IMG/VR virus record: IMGVR_UViG_3300011116_001007 | From: a virus | Lineage: Duplodnaviria; Caudoviricetes | Strand: one strand, 5' to 3' | DNA length: 64,000 nucleotides | In this document: positions 1 to 8,231 of the stretch, piece after piece | Layout: each line of letters begins with the position of its first letter | How positions within the stretch are numbered: the first letter of the stretch is position 1 | Made by a program: the position numbers and the translations under genes | Notes under the pieces: generated by a model | Database searches by the model: none | Told to the model about the DNA's origin: nothing | What the model saw: the letters and a program-made list of their open reading frames with translations, nothing else

Positions 1-405
1 GCCATGTACCCTTACCTGTATATGGCCATTGTAATAATCTTGTGATTCCAATACCCGTCTACTGAACTGCTCGCGTGCCTCAATGTATGAGCATTCACTC
101 TTGCTTGCACAGTAGAAAAGTATTTCTCTGGTGAAATTGTCGGTGCCTAGTTTTTCGATGTCTGCGGATAGTTCTGTACTGGATCCATAATATTGTTGCC
201 AATCTGAATCAATTTTGCTTCGTATACGCTTTTTCTTTTTGATGCCGTTCTTTTGTTTGACTACTCGGTAAGTTGTTTTGGAGAACTTTGCCAGTTTTTT
301 GCCTATGTATTTGCGACCAGATAGATTATTTGTGATCAAGTAAACAAAACCCACACATGAGTCGGGCAATGTCTCCACTGGGGTGTTTTGATAAAGCCAT
401 GTCAT
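1..405 (-). CDS. GIY-YIG family endonuclease (3' end runs off the window)
   Basis: Hand-translated and absent from the ORF track. ATG at 405 gives MTWLYQNTPVETLPDSCVGFVYLITNNLSGRKYIGKKLAKF...RRVLESQDYYNGHIQVRVHG, open to position 1. GFVY..(10)..YIG is a GIY-YIG-type motif. Confidence 0.8.
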   Translation of the reverse strand, partial: MTWLYQNTPVETLPDSCVGFVYLITNNLSGRKYIGKKLAKFSKTTYRVVKQKNGIKKKKRIRSKIDSDWQQYYGSSTELSADIEKLGTDNFTREILFYCASKSECSYIEAREQFSRRVLESQDYYNGHIQVRVHG

Positions 406-443
406 GTTGCAGGTTGATTACTTGAGTCATATAGTTATGCCTT

Positions 444-1454
444 TTACCATGAAGTTGCGTATTTTTTGTCGACCGCAGCACTGGCGCACTTAGATTGGCA
501 TTCATACCAACGATAAGTTTCTAATTCTGTTGTCCAAAAAGTATCTGCCAGTACGTGTTCTAATGTGTGATTGTGTAGATTGAATTTTTCTGCCTGTTGT
601 TGCCATTCTTGATTGTGTGAGTATCTGTTTGCTACCCAGCAGCAGGGGAATAGTCTGCCACGGGCATCTATATATAACCCCTTGTTGCCTATTTTACACA
701 ACGGAGTAACTCCGTTTTTTGATTGTGTTTCTTGGAATAATTTAATGTTTTTTAAACTGATTGGTGTTGGTAATTTTTCAGTAAAATTCATGATCTCACG
801 TTCAAATCTATGTGTGCTGCTTACAAAACGATCACTGGGTTGCAAAGGATCATCTACTCCGTAAGACGGATACACACTACCAAATTTGGTGCTGAGTGTG
901 AGTTGGAATCGATCAACACCTAGTTGTTTTGCAAACTCTTGCATAAAGTCTAGTTTATGTTCGTTAAATTTGAAAGCAATAGCAGCCCACACAATTTGAC
1001 AGCGACTTGTAGTTCTAAGTGTTTGCAACCCTGCAATGATGCTATCGTAATTGCTATTGACTCGATAAAGGTTGTTGCTGGCATTGTCATATCCGTCAAT
1101 GCTAAAATGTACACTGTCGTTTTGATCTAGTGTTTTTCCCAGTTCTGTCCACCAGGCAAGTTTTTTGTGACTGCCGTTGGTAACAATCACAATCTCTAAA
1201 GGTCGAATGCTCTTTAGATATTGAATAATTGGCACAAGATCATGAGCATAGATAGGGTCGCCATCATCTCCACAGAATGTAATTTTCTCTACATTTGCTA
1301 ACACAAACTCAGGAGTAAAGTTTTGTTTAAAAAATTCTAAATCTAGTTCGGTGTTGATAACACCGTCAGGAACTTCTTGACGAGAACATCGTGGACAAGC
1401 CAGAGTACATTTACTGGATACCTCAATGTGAAAATGCCAAGTCGCTAAAGTCAT
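444..1454 (-). CDS. Radical SAM protein with C-terminal SPASM/Twitch-like domain
   Basis: CTLACPRC (CxxxCxxC) near the N-terminus; C-terminal CKIG...IDARGRLFPCCW...CQSKC; ATGA overlap with the gp46 stop. Confidence 0.9.
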   Translation of the reverse strand: MTLATWHFHIEVSSKCTLACPRCSRQEVPDGVINTELDLEFFKQNFTPEFVLANVEKITFCGDDGDPIYAHDLVPIIQYLKSIRPLEIVIVTNGSHKKLAWWTELGKTLDQNDSVHFSIDGYDNASNNLYRVNSNYDSIIAGLQTLRTTSRCQIVWAAIAFKFNEHKLDFMQEFAKQLGVDRFQLTLSTKFGSVYPSYGVDDPLQPSDRFVSSTHRFEREIMNFTEKLPTPISLKNIKLFQETQSKNGVTPLCKIGNKGLYIDARGRLFPCCWVANRYSHNQEWQQQAEKFNLHNHTLEHVLADTFWTTELETYRWYECQSKCASAAVDKKYATSW

Positions 1455-3214
1455 ACCAGTTCGATGTCAGTATTGTAGGATGTAAATCCGTTTTCTTTTA
1501 CAACTTTGAGTATGTTTTCTACCCGGCTGGTCAATTCATCTCTGTGACTGACCAACCAAATACTTTTGTGACGTTCACGACTCATCTTTTTCAACAATGC
1601 TAGAGCGTTCTCCACACCTTGTGTGTCCAGACCAGAGTCAATCATCTCGTCAATGAACAAGATGTTGATGGGTTGATACAAACTCTCCCACACATCGCGG
1701 AATGCCCAACTCATACTCAAGATCAATCTGTTACGTTCACCGCGACTTAAATTATCAAAGTCCAGTTCGCGACCCAGCTCTTCGATGCTCACAGTGAGAT
1801 CGTTCTGGAACTTCACAGTATGCGGCAAGCCAATGCGATCAAGATAGTGTGTGAGTCTGCTGTTGAGATAACTCAAGTTCTGATCAATGATTTTCTTACG
1901 CACAAACGAGTCTTTGCTGGTCAGCAGTTTGAGCAAAAACTCTTGATGTTCCTGTATCCTGGTGTATTCGTTTAGCGTTTCATACGAAACTGCCTGCAGG
2001 GCTTGGTTCTGCATGTCCGTGATTTGTTCGCTGTATGGATCATTTTCTGCAGATCTTGTTGCAAAATCCTTGCTTAGTGTATCCACAGTGTTCTTGTGAT
2101 TTAATGCCTGTTCTAAACTGTCATAGAACACTTTGGGCGCTGTGCCCAGATTACCAAGTTCTAACAGTTGCTCCTGATGTTCCATGCGTTGTGAATCATT
2201 GGCCAGCAGTTGCAATGCAAGTTCTTGTAGAGTCTTTTCACGCTGTGCTTTCACAGTGTCAAGACTGTTGTCGTGTATTTCTGTACCGCAAGCAAAACAC
2301 TTGTGGCTGGCAATTTGTGTGAGATCTTTTTTGATTTGATCAAGTTGTTTTTGTAATTTTGTATCGTCTGCATCAATCTGCCGGATCCAACGATTGGCTT
2401 CGTCGATGGCTTTTTTACTTGCATTGTATGTGTCAAGATTTCTGTGTGCTTGTACTTCGATTGCAATATCGATGTGTTCAAGATCAGCAATACCTTGTGC
2501 TAGTGCGTTGACATCTTCGGACTGTTTGCGTAGCCATAGTGTGCGGCGTTTTTCCAAGCTGGCAATCTGTTCTTCGATACGTTTGTTGGCTTCTTGAACA
2601 GCACGGATTCGTAGTTCTTCTGATTGTATGGAGTCTTTGGTGTCTCGGTTGAGCTCTTTGATCCGATCAGCACGTTCGCTCAATAACGTTATGCCCAGCA
2701 GTTGTTCAATGATGGTGCGTTGTTCGTTGGCTTTGAGACTCAAGAACGGCGGTGTATATGTGTTCAAGGCCACGATGTGTTGGAACATGTCGTGACTCAT
2801 ACCTAGCACACGTTCAATGGCTTCTTGTGTTTCTCTTGAATCGCCTTGCGCTTCGTCCTGTGCTGCTTGATGTTCGTCATTGACATAGAACTTGAGCACA
2901 TTGGGTTTACGACCGCGTTCAATCCTGTAACTTTGTCCGCCCACTGAGAAATCAAGACTGACCATCATGTGTTTGGCATTGGTCTTGTTCACAAGGTTGT
3001 CTTTGCGGATGTTTGATAGTGCCTGACCGTACAATGCATAGCTTAGTGCATTGATGATGGTGGTCTTGCCTGTTCCGTTACGAGAGCCATCACCGCCCAG
3101 ATCTAAGTTTTCGCCCAGTACCAGGGTGAGATCAGATCGATCAAAATCAATAGCTTGTGTGGCATTGCCCACACTCATAAAGTTTTTTACTGTGAGGGTT
3201 TTAAGATTTATCAA
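1451..3214 (-). CDS. gp46: Recombination endonuclease ATPase subunit (T4 gp46/SbcC/Rad50-like)
   Basis: Walker A GSRNGTGKTT, central coiled coil with CFAC zinc hook, signature LSRGE, Walker B ILFIDE, H-loop VSH; TTG start. Confidence 0.93.
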   Translation of the reverse strand: MINLKTLTVKNFMSVGNATQAIDFDRSDLTLVLGENLDLGGDGSRNGTGKTTIINALSYALYGQALSNIRKDNLVNKTNAKHMMVSLDFSVGGQSYRIERGRKPNVLKFYVNDEHQAAQDEAQGDSRETQEAIERVLGMSHDMFQHIVALNTYTPPFLSLKANEQRTIIEQLLGITLLSERADRIKELNRDTKDSIQSEELRIRAVQEANKRIEEQIASLEKRRTLWLRKQSEDVNALAQGIADLEHIDIAIEVQAHRNLDTYNASKKAIDEANRWIRQIDADDTKLQKQLDQIKKDLTQIASHKCFACGTEIHDNSLDTVKAQREKTLQELALQLLANDSQRMEHQEQLLELGNLGTAPKVFYDSLEQALNHKNTVDTLSKDFATRSAENDPYSEQITDMQNQALQAVSYETLNEYTRIQEHQEFLLKLLTSKDSFVRKKIIDQNLSYLNSRLTHYLDRIGLPHTVKFQNDLTVSIEELGRELDFDNLSRGERNRLILSMSWAFRDVWESLYQPINILFIDEMIDSGLDTQGVENALALLKKMSRERHKSIWLVSHRDELTSRVENILKVVKENGFTSYNTDIELV

Positions 3215-4082
3215 ACTTTACTCCGTGATGCTGTAGCATTGTAACAATTTCTTTGGTATTTGTAAACCAATCTGAATATGTATTGTGCGGAACTTCCACA
3301 CCAAACTCCACCCAGATGTAGTAGTAGATCACTGCTTGTGTGAAGAGATCATCAATATCATTGATATCAATGCTATTATGTAAATTTTTCCAAACATATT
3401 GTGCTTTTAAGAAAAATTCAAAATGATTCAAATTAGTTTGATACCATGAAGAATAGAATGCTTCAAAATTGTTTATTTCAAATTGCTGACCTAATAATTT
3501 ACTCAATGATTGGTAATTTAGCACATGATCAACCGGTATATTCAGTGTTGAATGATTTGATCTCCAACTATATCTATAGGCGTGATCTCTGAGGTATAAA
3601 AAAAACTTTTCTCGTACAGCCCAGTTTTGTGTTGGGTCGTCCCACTTGTTATCATCAGGCATGATCCATTCACCTATGGTTTGCTCACTGTGAGTCACAG
3701 CAGCCATGCATCTGGTATAAAACAATTTTGATAATAATGGCCATGACCAATCATCATAAACAACTCTAATAGACATATCAGGATGTATGACAGTGCGGAA
3801 TTCATCTGAATCGTTGTTGATTCCAGAGTCAATCAAAATAGTCGCAAACTCGGTTTTATCTTGGTCCAGCTGCTGTTTGAGTTGTTGGTACTGTACAACG
3901 TCAAATTCTGTCATTCCAAAGTATGTAGGCAATGATTCGGGATAGGAATGACTATCTCCGCCTATGCCAAATTCATAGTCAATTATTTGTCCATTGAATT
4001 TTTTACAGTATGCTGATAAAATAACATGAATAAAATGTCCAAATCCTCCTGACGGATACTGTATTGAAACAACTTTTGTCAT
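3201..4082 (-). CDS. Hypothetical protein (293 aa), AT-rich, inserted between gp47 and gp46
   Basis: Long ORF overlapping both neighbours; N-terminal YPSGGFGHF; no family recognised with confidence. Confidence 0.75.
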   Translation of the reverse strand: MTKVVSIQYPSGGFGHFIHVILSAYCKKFNGQIIDYEFGIGGDSHSYPESLPTYFGMTEFDVVQYQQLKQQLDQDKTEFATILIDSGINNDSDEFRTVIHPDMSIRVVYDDWSWPLLSKLFYTRCMAAVTHSEQTIGEWIMPDDNKWDDPTQNWAVREKFFLYLRDHAYRYSWRSNHSTLNIPVDHVLNYQSLSKLLGQQFEINNFEAFYSSWYQTNLNHFEFFLKAQYVWKNLHNSIDINDIDDLFTQAVIYYYIWVEFGVEVPHNTYSDWFTNTKEIVTMLQHHGVKFDKS

Positions 4083-5095
4083 AAATTCTGATAAATTTTC
4101 AATAGCAGTCGGTTGTCGTAGAATTCAGATTCAATGTTGGTGATTTGATCTGTCACAATCTGATCCACTGATTCAAATTTGATCTCACCTGGAGCCATGT
4201 CTGTGTCTACTGAACTATTCTTGTTGGGTATCAAGGCCATCTCTCTGAGACTGTAGTCTTTGATGTATGTTTCTTTGATAAAGTTGGCTTCTTCGTATGA
4301 AATCTCAATGTCCAAGTTTACACGAACATGCATCTTGGGTGCAAGCAATGCGGCTGCATTGTCAATGATGTTGGCTAGTCCTAACACACGATATCTAGGT
4401 TGATCGGGCCAGGCATGATACACAGGATCCTGTCCCCATTCTAAAATTGTAAGTCCTCGTTCGTCGTCGCCGGCATCAGCATAGTTGTGCGGAAAAGCAT
4501 TACCAATATAAGTGATGTTTTTTTTGGTCTGACGTTTGTGAAAATGACCGGTAAACACATGCTCAAAGTTGTTGAAGTCTTCTCGTCGCACCTCGCCGTG
4601 GTCCGGCATCTCTACCATGGCATTCATCAAGTAACCAGGCAGTTCAAAGTGCCCAAACATGTACTTGCCCTTTAGCTTGGGTATGCGTTTGTGATCATCT
4701 CCACAGAGCCAAGGAGCAATCACAACATCGCCGCTGCTAAACCAATCATTGCAGATTTCCACATTGGGCAGATGTCTGGCCCACTCTACACTTTGGATAT
4801 CACGCTTGTCGCGATAATACAAGTCGTGATTGCCTGGAATAAACAGCACTCGGTCAAAATTTGCATTCATGTGCTCCAGTGCCTGTAGACTGTAATGTAA
4901 CGTGACAATATTTAAGCTGGCACGATTGTTGTGCCAGTCACCTAGGAACATACAGGTCTCGCAGCCTTCTGCCAGGGCCTTGGCAGTGGCCCACTTGACA
5001 AAGTTTAGGCAGTCTTCATTGTGAGTGGTGCTGTTGCTTTTGAGACCAAAATGGATGTCTGTGAAAATTGCAGCTTTGCGAAATAGATTAGTCAT
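4079..5095 (-). CDS. gp47: Recombination endonuclease nuclease subunit (T4 gp47/SbcD/Mre11-like metallophosphoesterase)
   Basis: DIHFG, GDWHNNR, GNHD, GHFH phosphoesterase motifs; upstream of gp46. Confidence 0.93.
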   Translation of the reverse strand: MTNLFRKAAIFTDIHFGLKSNSTTHNEDCLNFVKWATAKALAEGCETCMFLGDWHNNRASLNIVTLHYSLQALEHMNANFDRVLFIPGNHDLYYRDKRDIQSVEWARHLPNVEICNDWFSSGDVVIAPWLCGDDHKRIPKLKGKYMFGHFELPGYLMNAMVEMPDHGEVRREDFNNFEHVFTGHFHKRQTKKNITYIGNAFPHNYADAGDDERGLTILEWGQDPVYHAWPDQPRYRVLGLANIIDNAAALLAPKMHVRVNLDIEISYEEANFIKETYIKDYSLREMALIPNKNSSVDTDMAPGEIKFESVDQIVTDQITNIESEFYDNRLLLKIYQNL

Positions 5096-5101
5096 CCTTG
5101 T

Positions 5102-5130
5102 AGTATACTACTCATCCAAGGTACTTACAA
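5102..5130 (-). promoter_or_regulatory. Sigma70-like promoter TTGTAA-N17-TATACT upstream of gp47 (possibly leaderless transcript)
   Basis: Minus strand: -35 at 5130-5125, -10 at 5107-5102, then 6 nt to the ATG at 5095. Confidence 0.55.
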
Positions 5131-6016
5131 CCGGACCGGACATGGCTTGCATGCTGTGTTTGCCAGAATTCTGTCGAGTCCACGACGGATTCAAGCCGTT
5201 CATTTCCAGAATGTCATCACGGATGTTTTGATTTTTCTTTTCTATGTTTAGGATCCTAGTGAAGCTATTGGTGATAGCAGCGGTGTAGTAGGCGAAAGGA
5301 TTCTGTGATTTGGATTCATCAAATTGCAATCCAATCTGACTCAGCTGTAGTAATGCTTGACCGCGCATTTCTTCATTGTAGGTGTATCCGCGCCAGTTTG
5401 ATCGTGTGGCATATCTTTCACACAGTTTCATGAACATGGTGGCCAGCTTGCGAGTCATTTCTCCGTGATCTTTTGAAAATTCTCCAGTTTCCAATGTGCC
5501 ACGCCAATGACTGCGCCCCACAATAAATGGAATTTTTTCATTGTCTATGCGATAGTGTTCAAATGGTGGAAAGTTCAGTCGCACATGGTTCAAACTCAAC
5601 ACTGGCACGTCTAATAGATCCGCCAATGGATCTTCGTCTTCCACGGCGTCATCTAGATCCAAGATGTCTTCCAGACGGCGACGTTTGGCTTTGGCTTCTG
5701 CTTTGGTAATTTTCTTGGGAGCCATGGGCACATGATCCCACATGGTAATGCGAAACACAATGTCTGTGTTGGGGATTTTTTTAGGATCTATGATTTCACC
5801 AGTTTCACGTTTGATGCGATCTGCTCTGTTGCGTCGTGCTTCGGCAGTGGTTCGTTGATTGATCTTGTCAAGACTGGGCAAAATAATATCAAATTGATGA
5901 TCCAGCCCACGATCACGATACCAACAATAGTTGTTTTTGCTTAGATGTATTTCTTTGAGTATATCTCTGTTGTTGAGATAGTTGACACGGGGTGCAGACT
6001 TTGGCAATAAAGACAT
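5108..6016 (-). CDS. gp55: Late-transcription sigma factor (T4 gp55-like)
   Basis: YLNNRDILKEI; RGYTYNEEMRGQALLQL..IGLQFDESKSQNPFAYYTAAITNSF resembles the gp55 sigma region 2; gp55-gp47-gp46 order as in T4; AGGAGA SD upstream. Confidence 0.8.
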   Translation of the reverse strand: MSLLPKSAPRVNYLNNRDILKEIHLSKNNYCWYRDRGLDHQFDIILPSLDKINQRTTAEARRNRADRIKRETGEIIDPKKIPNTDIVFRITMWDHVPMAPKKITKAEAKAKRRRLEDILDLDDAVEDEDPLADLLDVPVLSLNHVRLNFPPFEHYRIDNEKIPFIVGRSHWRGTLETGEFSKDHGEMTRKLATMFMKLCERYATRSNWRGYTYNEEMRGQALLQLSQIGLQFDESKSQNPFAYYTAAITNSFTRILNIEKKNQNIRDDILEMNGLNPSWTRQNSGKHSMQAMSGPVVSTLDE

Positions 6017-6037
6017 GAATTCTCCTGATATGTATTT

Positions 6038-6065
6038 ATTGTAACAGATTTAGTCAAGTTGTCAA
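6038..6065 (-). promoter_or_regulatory. Sigma70-like promoter TTGACA-N16-(TGn)TACAAT for the sigma-factor gene
   Basis: Reverse complement reads aaaggTTGACAacttgactaaatcTGtTACAATaaataca: perfect -35, extended -10. Confidence 0.65.
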
Positions 6066-6098
6066 CCTTTATATAAACTATGCCGTTTTTGCACCTGC

Positions 6099-6104
6099 TA
6101 AATA
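6099..6104 (+). promoter_or_regulatory. Late-promoter-like TAAATA upstream of the baseplate operon
   Basis: Intergenic TAAATA 16 nt before the ATG at 6121; core of the T4 late consensus TATAAATA. Confidence 0.55.
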
Positions 6105-6120
6105 AGATACAGGAACACAA

Positions 6121-7929
6121 ATGGCCAATTACAATCCCAACGACGCAGCAGCATTCAACAAAGCTCTTCAAAGTGGTCTCAGCACAGCTGACGCGGCCAA
6201 ACAGGCTGGCATTACTCCTGCGGCTGCTGCTCAGTATGCACTTGGCAGCAACAACAATCTTGGCAGCCAGAATCCCGGAATCGCTGCCACTCCAGCAACT
6301 GAACAATCTACTTTTGCCACTCAGGCAATTCCTCAAACAGCTTCTGGACAACCAGCCCAGGGCGTGCAATTGGCAGCGGCTGCAACTCCACTTCGTATAG
6401 AAGGAATCGTGGAGAGAAACGGTACCATTACTTTTATACCACAAGATGCTCCTGTTGGTACTACGCCTGGCGCCGGAAATGGCCAAGCTACAACATCCGG
6501 TCCTGCTAATAAAACTCCCGTTGCCCCGACGGACGGTGGTCGAGGTACTGGCAACATTGAACGGCCAATCGAACAAGCGCCACCATTGCCCAACAACACC
6601 GTGACACCTGTTATTGCTAATGGTCAACCCCCTGCAGCAGCACCTGCAACAACACCTGCAACAAATGTTCCAGTACCAGTGTTCAACACACCAGGTGCTG
6701 CACAAAACGGTCAAGGCGGCACAGTTCCTATCGTTGCGCCTGCACCAGTGTTCAGCACACCAGGTGCTGCTCAAGATGGTCAGGGTGGCACTGCGCCCAC
6801 TGCTGAACCAGCACCAGTGGTCACAGGGCCACGCCCTGGCACTGGATTTGGCGACGGCAATGCTGAAGACCTGGCCTTGTTCCCCACAACTGGCCCGACA
6901 CCAGTGGTCACAGGGCCACGCCCTGGCACTGGATTTGGCGACGGCAATGCTGAAGACCTGGCCTTGTTCCCCACAACTGGCCCGACACCAGTGGATGAAG
7001 AATCAGCATACCCGCCAAATCCTGTAAATTTGCCCAATGACCGCAGAATGAATGATGCTGACTACATCAATTCTTTAGAAACAGCATCCAACAAATTCAA
7101 CACTGTTCAGCAGGCCTCGATAAACTCAACTTACAAACAGCCTGGCAATGGTGATTGGCGATTCCGTATCAGTCTTGCTGAAGGTGCTGATTATCTTTAT
7201 AAGGTACCAAATAACTCAGGCAGCGGACCAAATATACTAGCACCATTGGCAACCACCAATGGAGTGGTATTTCCCTACACACCATCAGTCACCACCAGTT
7301 ATCAGGCCAAATACAACACATATGATTTGGTTCATTCAAACTATCGTGGAGTTTTTTATCAAGGCAGCGGCGTAAGTGAAATCAGTGTGCGAGGAGTATT
7401 CACTGCACAAGACACCAAAGAAGCTGAATACATGCTGGCAGTGATACACTTTTTCCGATCAGTTACCAAGATGTTCTATGGTAAAGACGAACAACGCGGA
7501 GCACCGCCGCCATTGGTGTATCTTACAGGATTAGGCGACTATCAATTCAACGCACATCCTGCTGTGGTCACAAATTTTGAATATTCTTTACCCAGCGATG
7601 TAGACTACATACGAGCCAACAACCCCAATAATTTTGGTACAGACCTATTGAATCGCCGAGCAGGAGTATTGAACCCGCCTTCCAACCCATTGAGTGCCAT
7701 TGCCACTAGACTGGGGCTGTCTGGGTTATTTCCAAATGCTGTGGCGTCTCCACCAGTCTACGGTCCCGTTACCAATTCGGTGACCAACACAGCAAAAGCC
7801 ACATACGTGCCTACCAAAATAGATATCAACATAAGTCTATTGCCGGTGCAAACAAGAGATCAAGTCAGCAAACAGTTCAGTCTTAAAGAATTTGCCACTG
7901 GCAAATTGATACAAGGAGGATTCTGGTAA
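6121..7929 (+). CDS. Baseplate/tail-tube initiator-like protein (gp48/gp54-like) with long P/A/T/G-rich N-terminus
   Basis: C-terminal GVVFPYTPSV...FFRSVTKMFYG...PPPLVYL..LGDYQF..HPAVVTNFEYSLP resembles contractile-tail tube-initiator proteins; first gene of the baseplate module. Confidence 0.6.
   Translation: MANYNPNDAAAFNKALQSGLSTADAAKQAGITPAAAAQYALGSNNNLGSQNPGIAATPATEQSTFATQAIPQTASGQPAQGVQLAAAATPLRIEGIVERNGTITFIPQDAPVGTTPGAGNGQATTSGPANKTPVAPTDGGRGTGNIERPIEQAPPLPNNTVTPVIANGQPPAAAPATTPATNVPVPVFNTPGAAQNGQGGTVPIVAPAPVFSTPGAAQDGQGGTAPTAEPAPVVTGPRPGTGFGDGNAEDLALFPTTGPTPVVTGPRPGTGFGDGNAEDLALFPTTGPTPVDEESAYPPNPVNLPNDRRMNDADYINSLETASNKFNTVQQASINSTYKQPGNGDWRFRISLAEGADYLYKVPNNSGSGPNILAPLATTNGVVFPYTPSVTTSYQAKYNTYDLVHSNYRGVFYQGSGVSEISVRGVFTAQDTKEAEYMLAVIHFFRSVTKMFYGKDEQRGAPPPLVYLTGLGDYQFNAHPAVVTNFEYSLPSDVDYIRANNPNNFGTDLLNRRAGVLNPPSNPLSAIATRLGLSGLFPNAVASPPVYGPVTNSVTNTAKATYVPTKIDINISLLPVQTRDQVSKQFSLKEFATGKLIQGGFW
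6675..6800 (+). repeat. Imperfect 69-bp tandem repeat (PVF[NS]TPGAAQ[ND]GQGGT)
   Basis: accagtgttc at 6675 and 6744; in frame, 23-aa period. Confidence 0.8.
6812..6994 (+). repeat. Perfect 87-bp tandem duplication (about 2.1 copies) in coding sequence
   Basis: caccagtgg recurs at 6812, 6899 and 6986; encodes PVVTGPRPGTGFGDGNAEDLALFPTTGPT twice. Confidence 0.95.
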
Positions 7930-8228
7930 TGGCCACCTATGATGCAACCAGTCCCTATTACAACACACCCTATGCCCAGTTCTATCTGGACAAAATGGTC
8001 AACAGACCCATACCAGCTGGCAATGACGATTTGACTTTTACTATCAATCTTACCTATCAGTATCGTCCTGATCTGTTGGCCTATGACTTGTACGGCAATG
8101 CCGGACTGTGGTGGGTATTTTATCAGCGCAATCCAAACACACTGACAAAACCACCGTTTGACTTTACAGCCAACACTTTTATATATTTGCCAAACGGTAA
8201 CACATTGAAATCAGCGTTGGGGTACTAA
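7929..8228 (+). CDS. Baseplate wedge protein, gp53/LysM-like
   Basis: YRPDLLAYDLYGNAGLWWVF..RNP motif typical of gp53-like proteins; position in the baseplate module. Confidence 0.75.
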   Translation: MATYDATSPYYNTPYAQFYLDKMVNRPIPAGNDDLTFTINLTYQYRPDLLAYDLYGNAGLWWVFYQRNPNTLTKPPFDFTANTFIYLPNGNTLKSALGY

Positions 8229-8231
8229 AAC

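Noticed and set aside
5941-6774. 277-aa minus-strand ORF
   Set aside because: Shadow of the low-complexity plus-strand gene; C/R/W-rich nonsense composition and it crosses the promoter region.
6812-6994. 87-bp repeat as a CRISPR array
   Set aside because: Units are contiguous with no spacers, in frame inside a protein, and no cas genes are visible.
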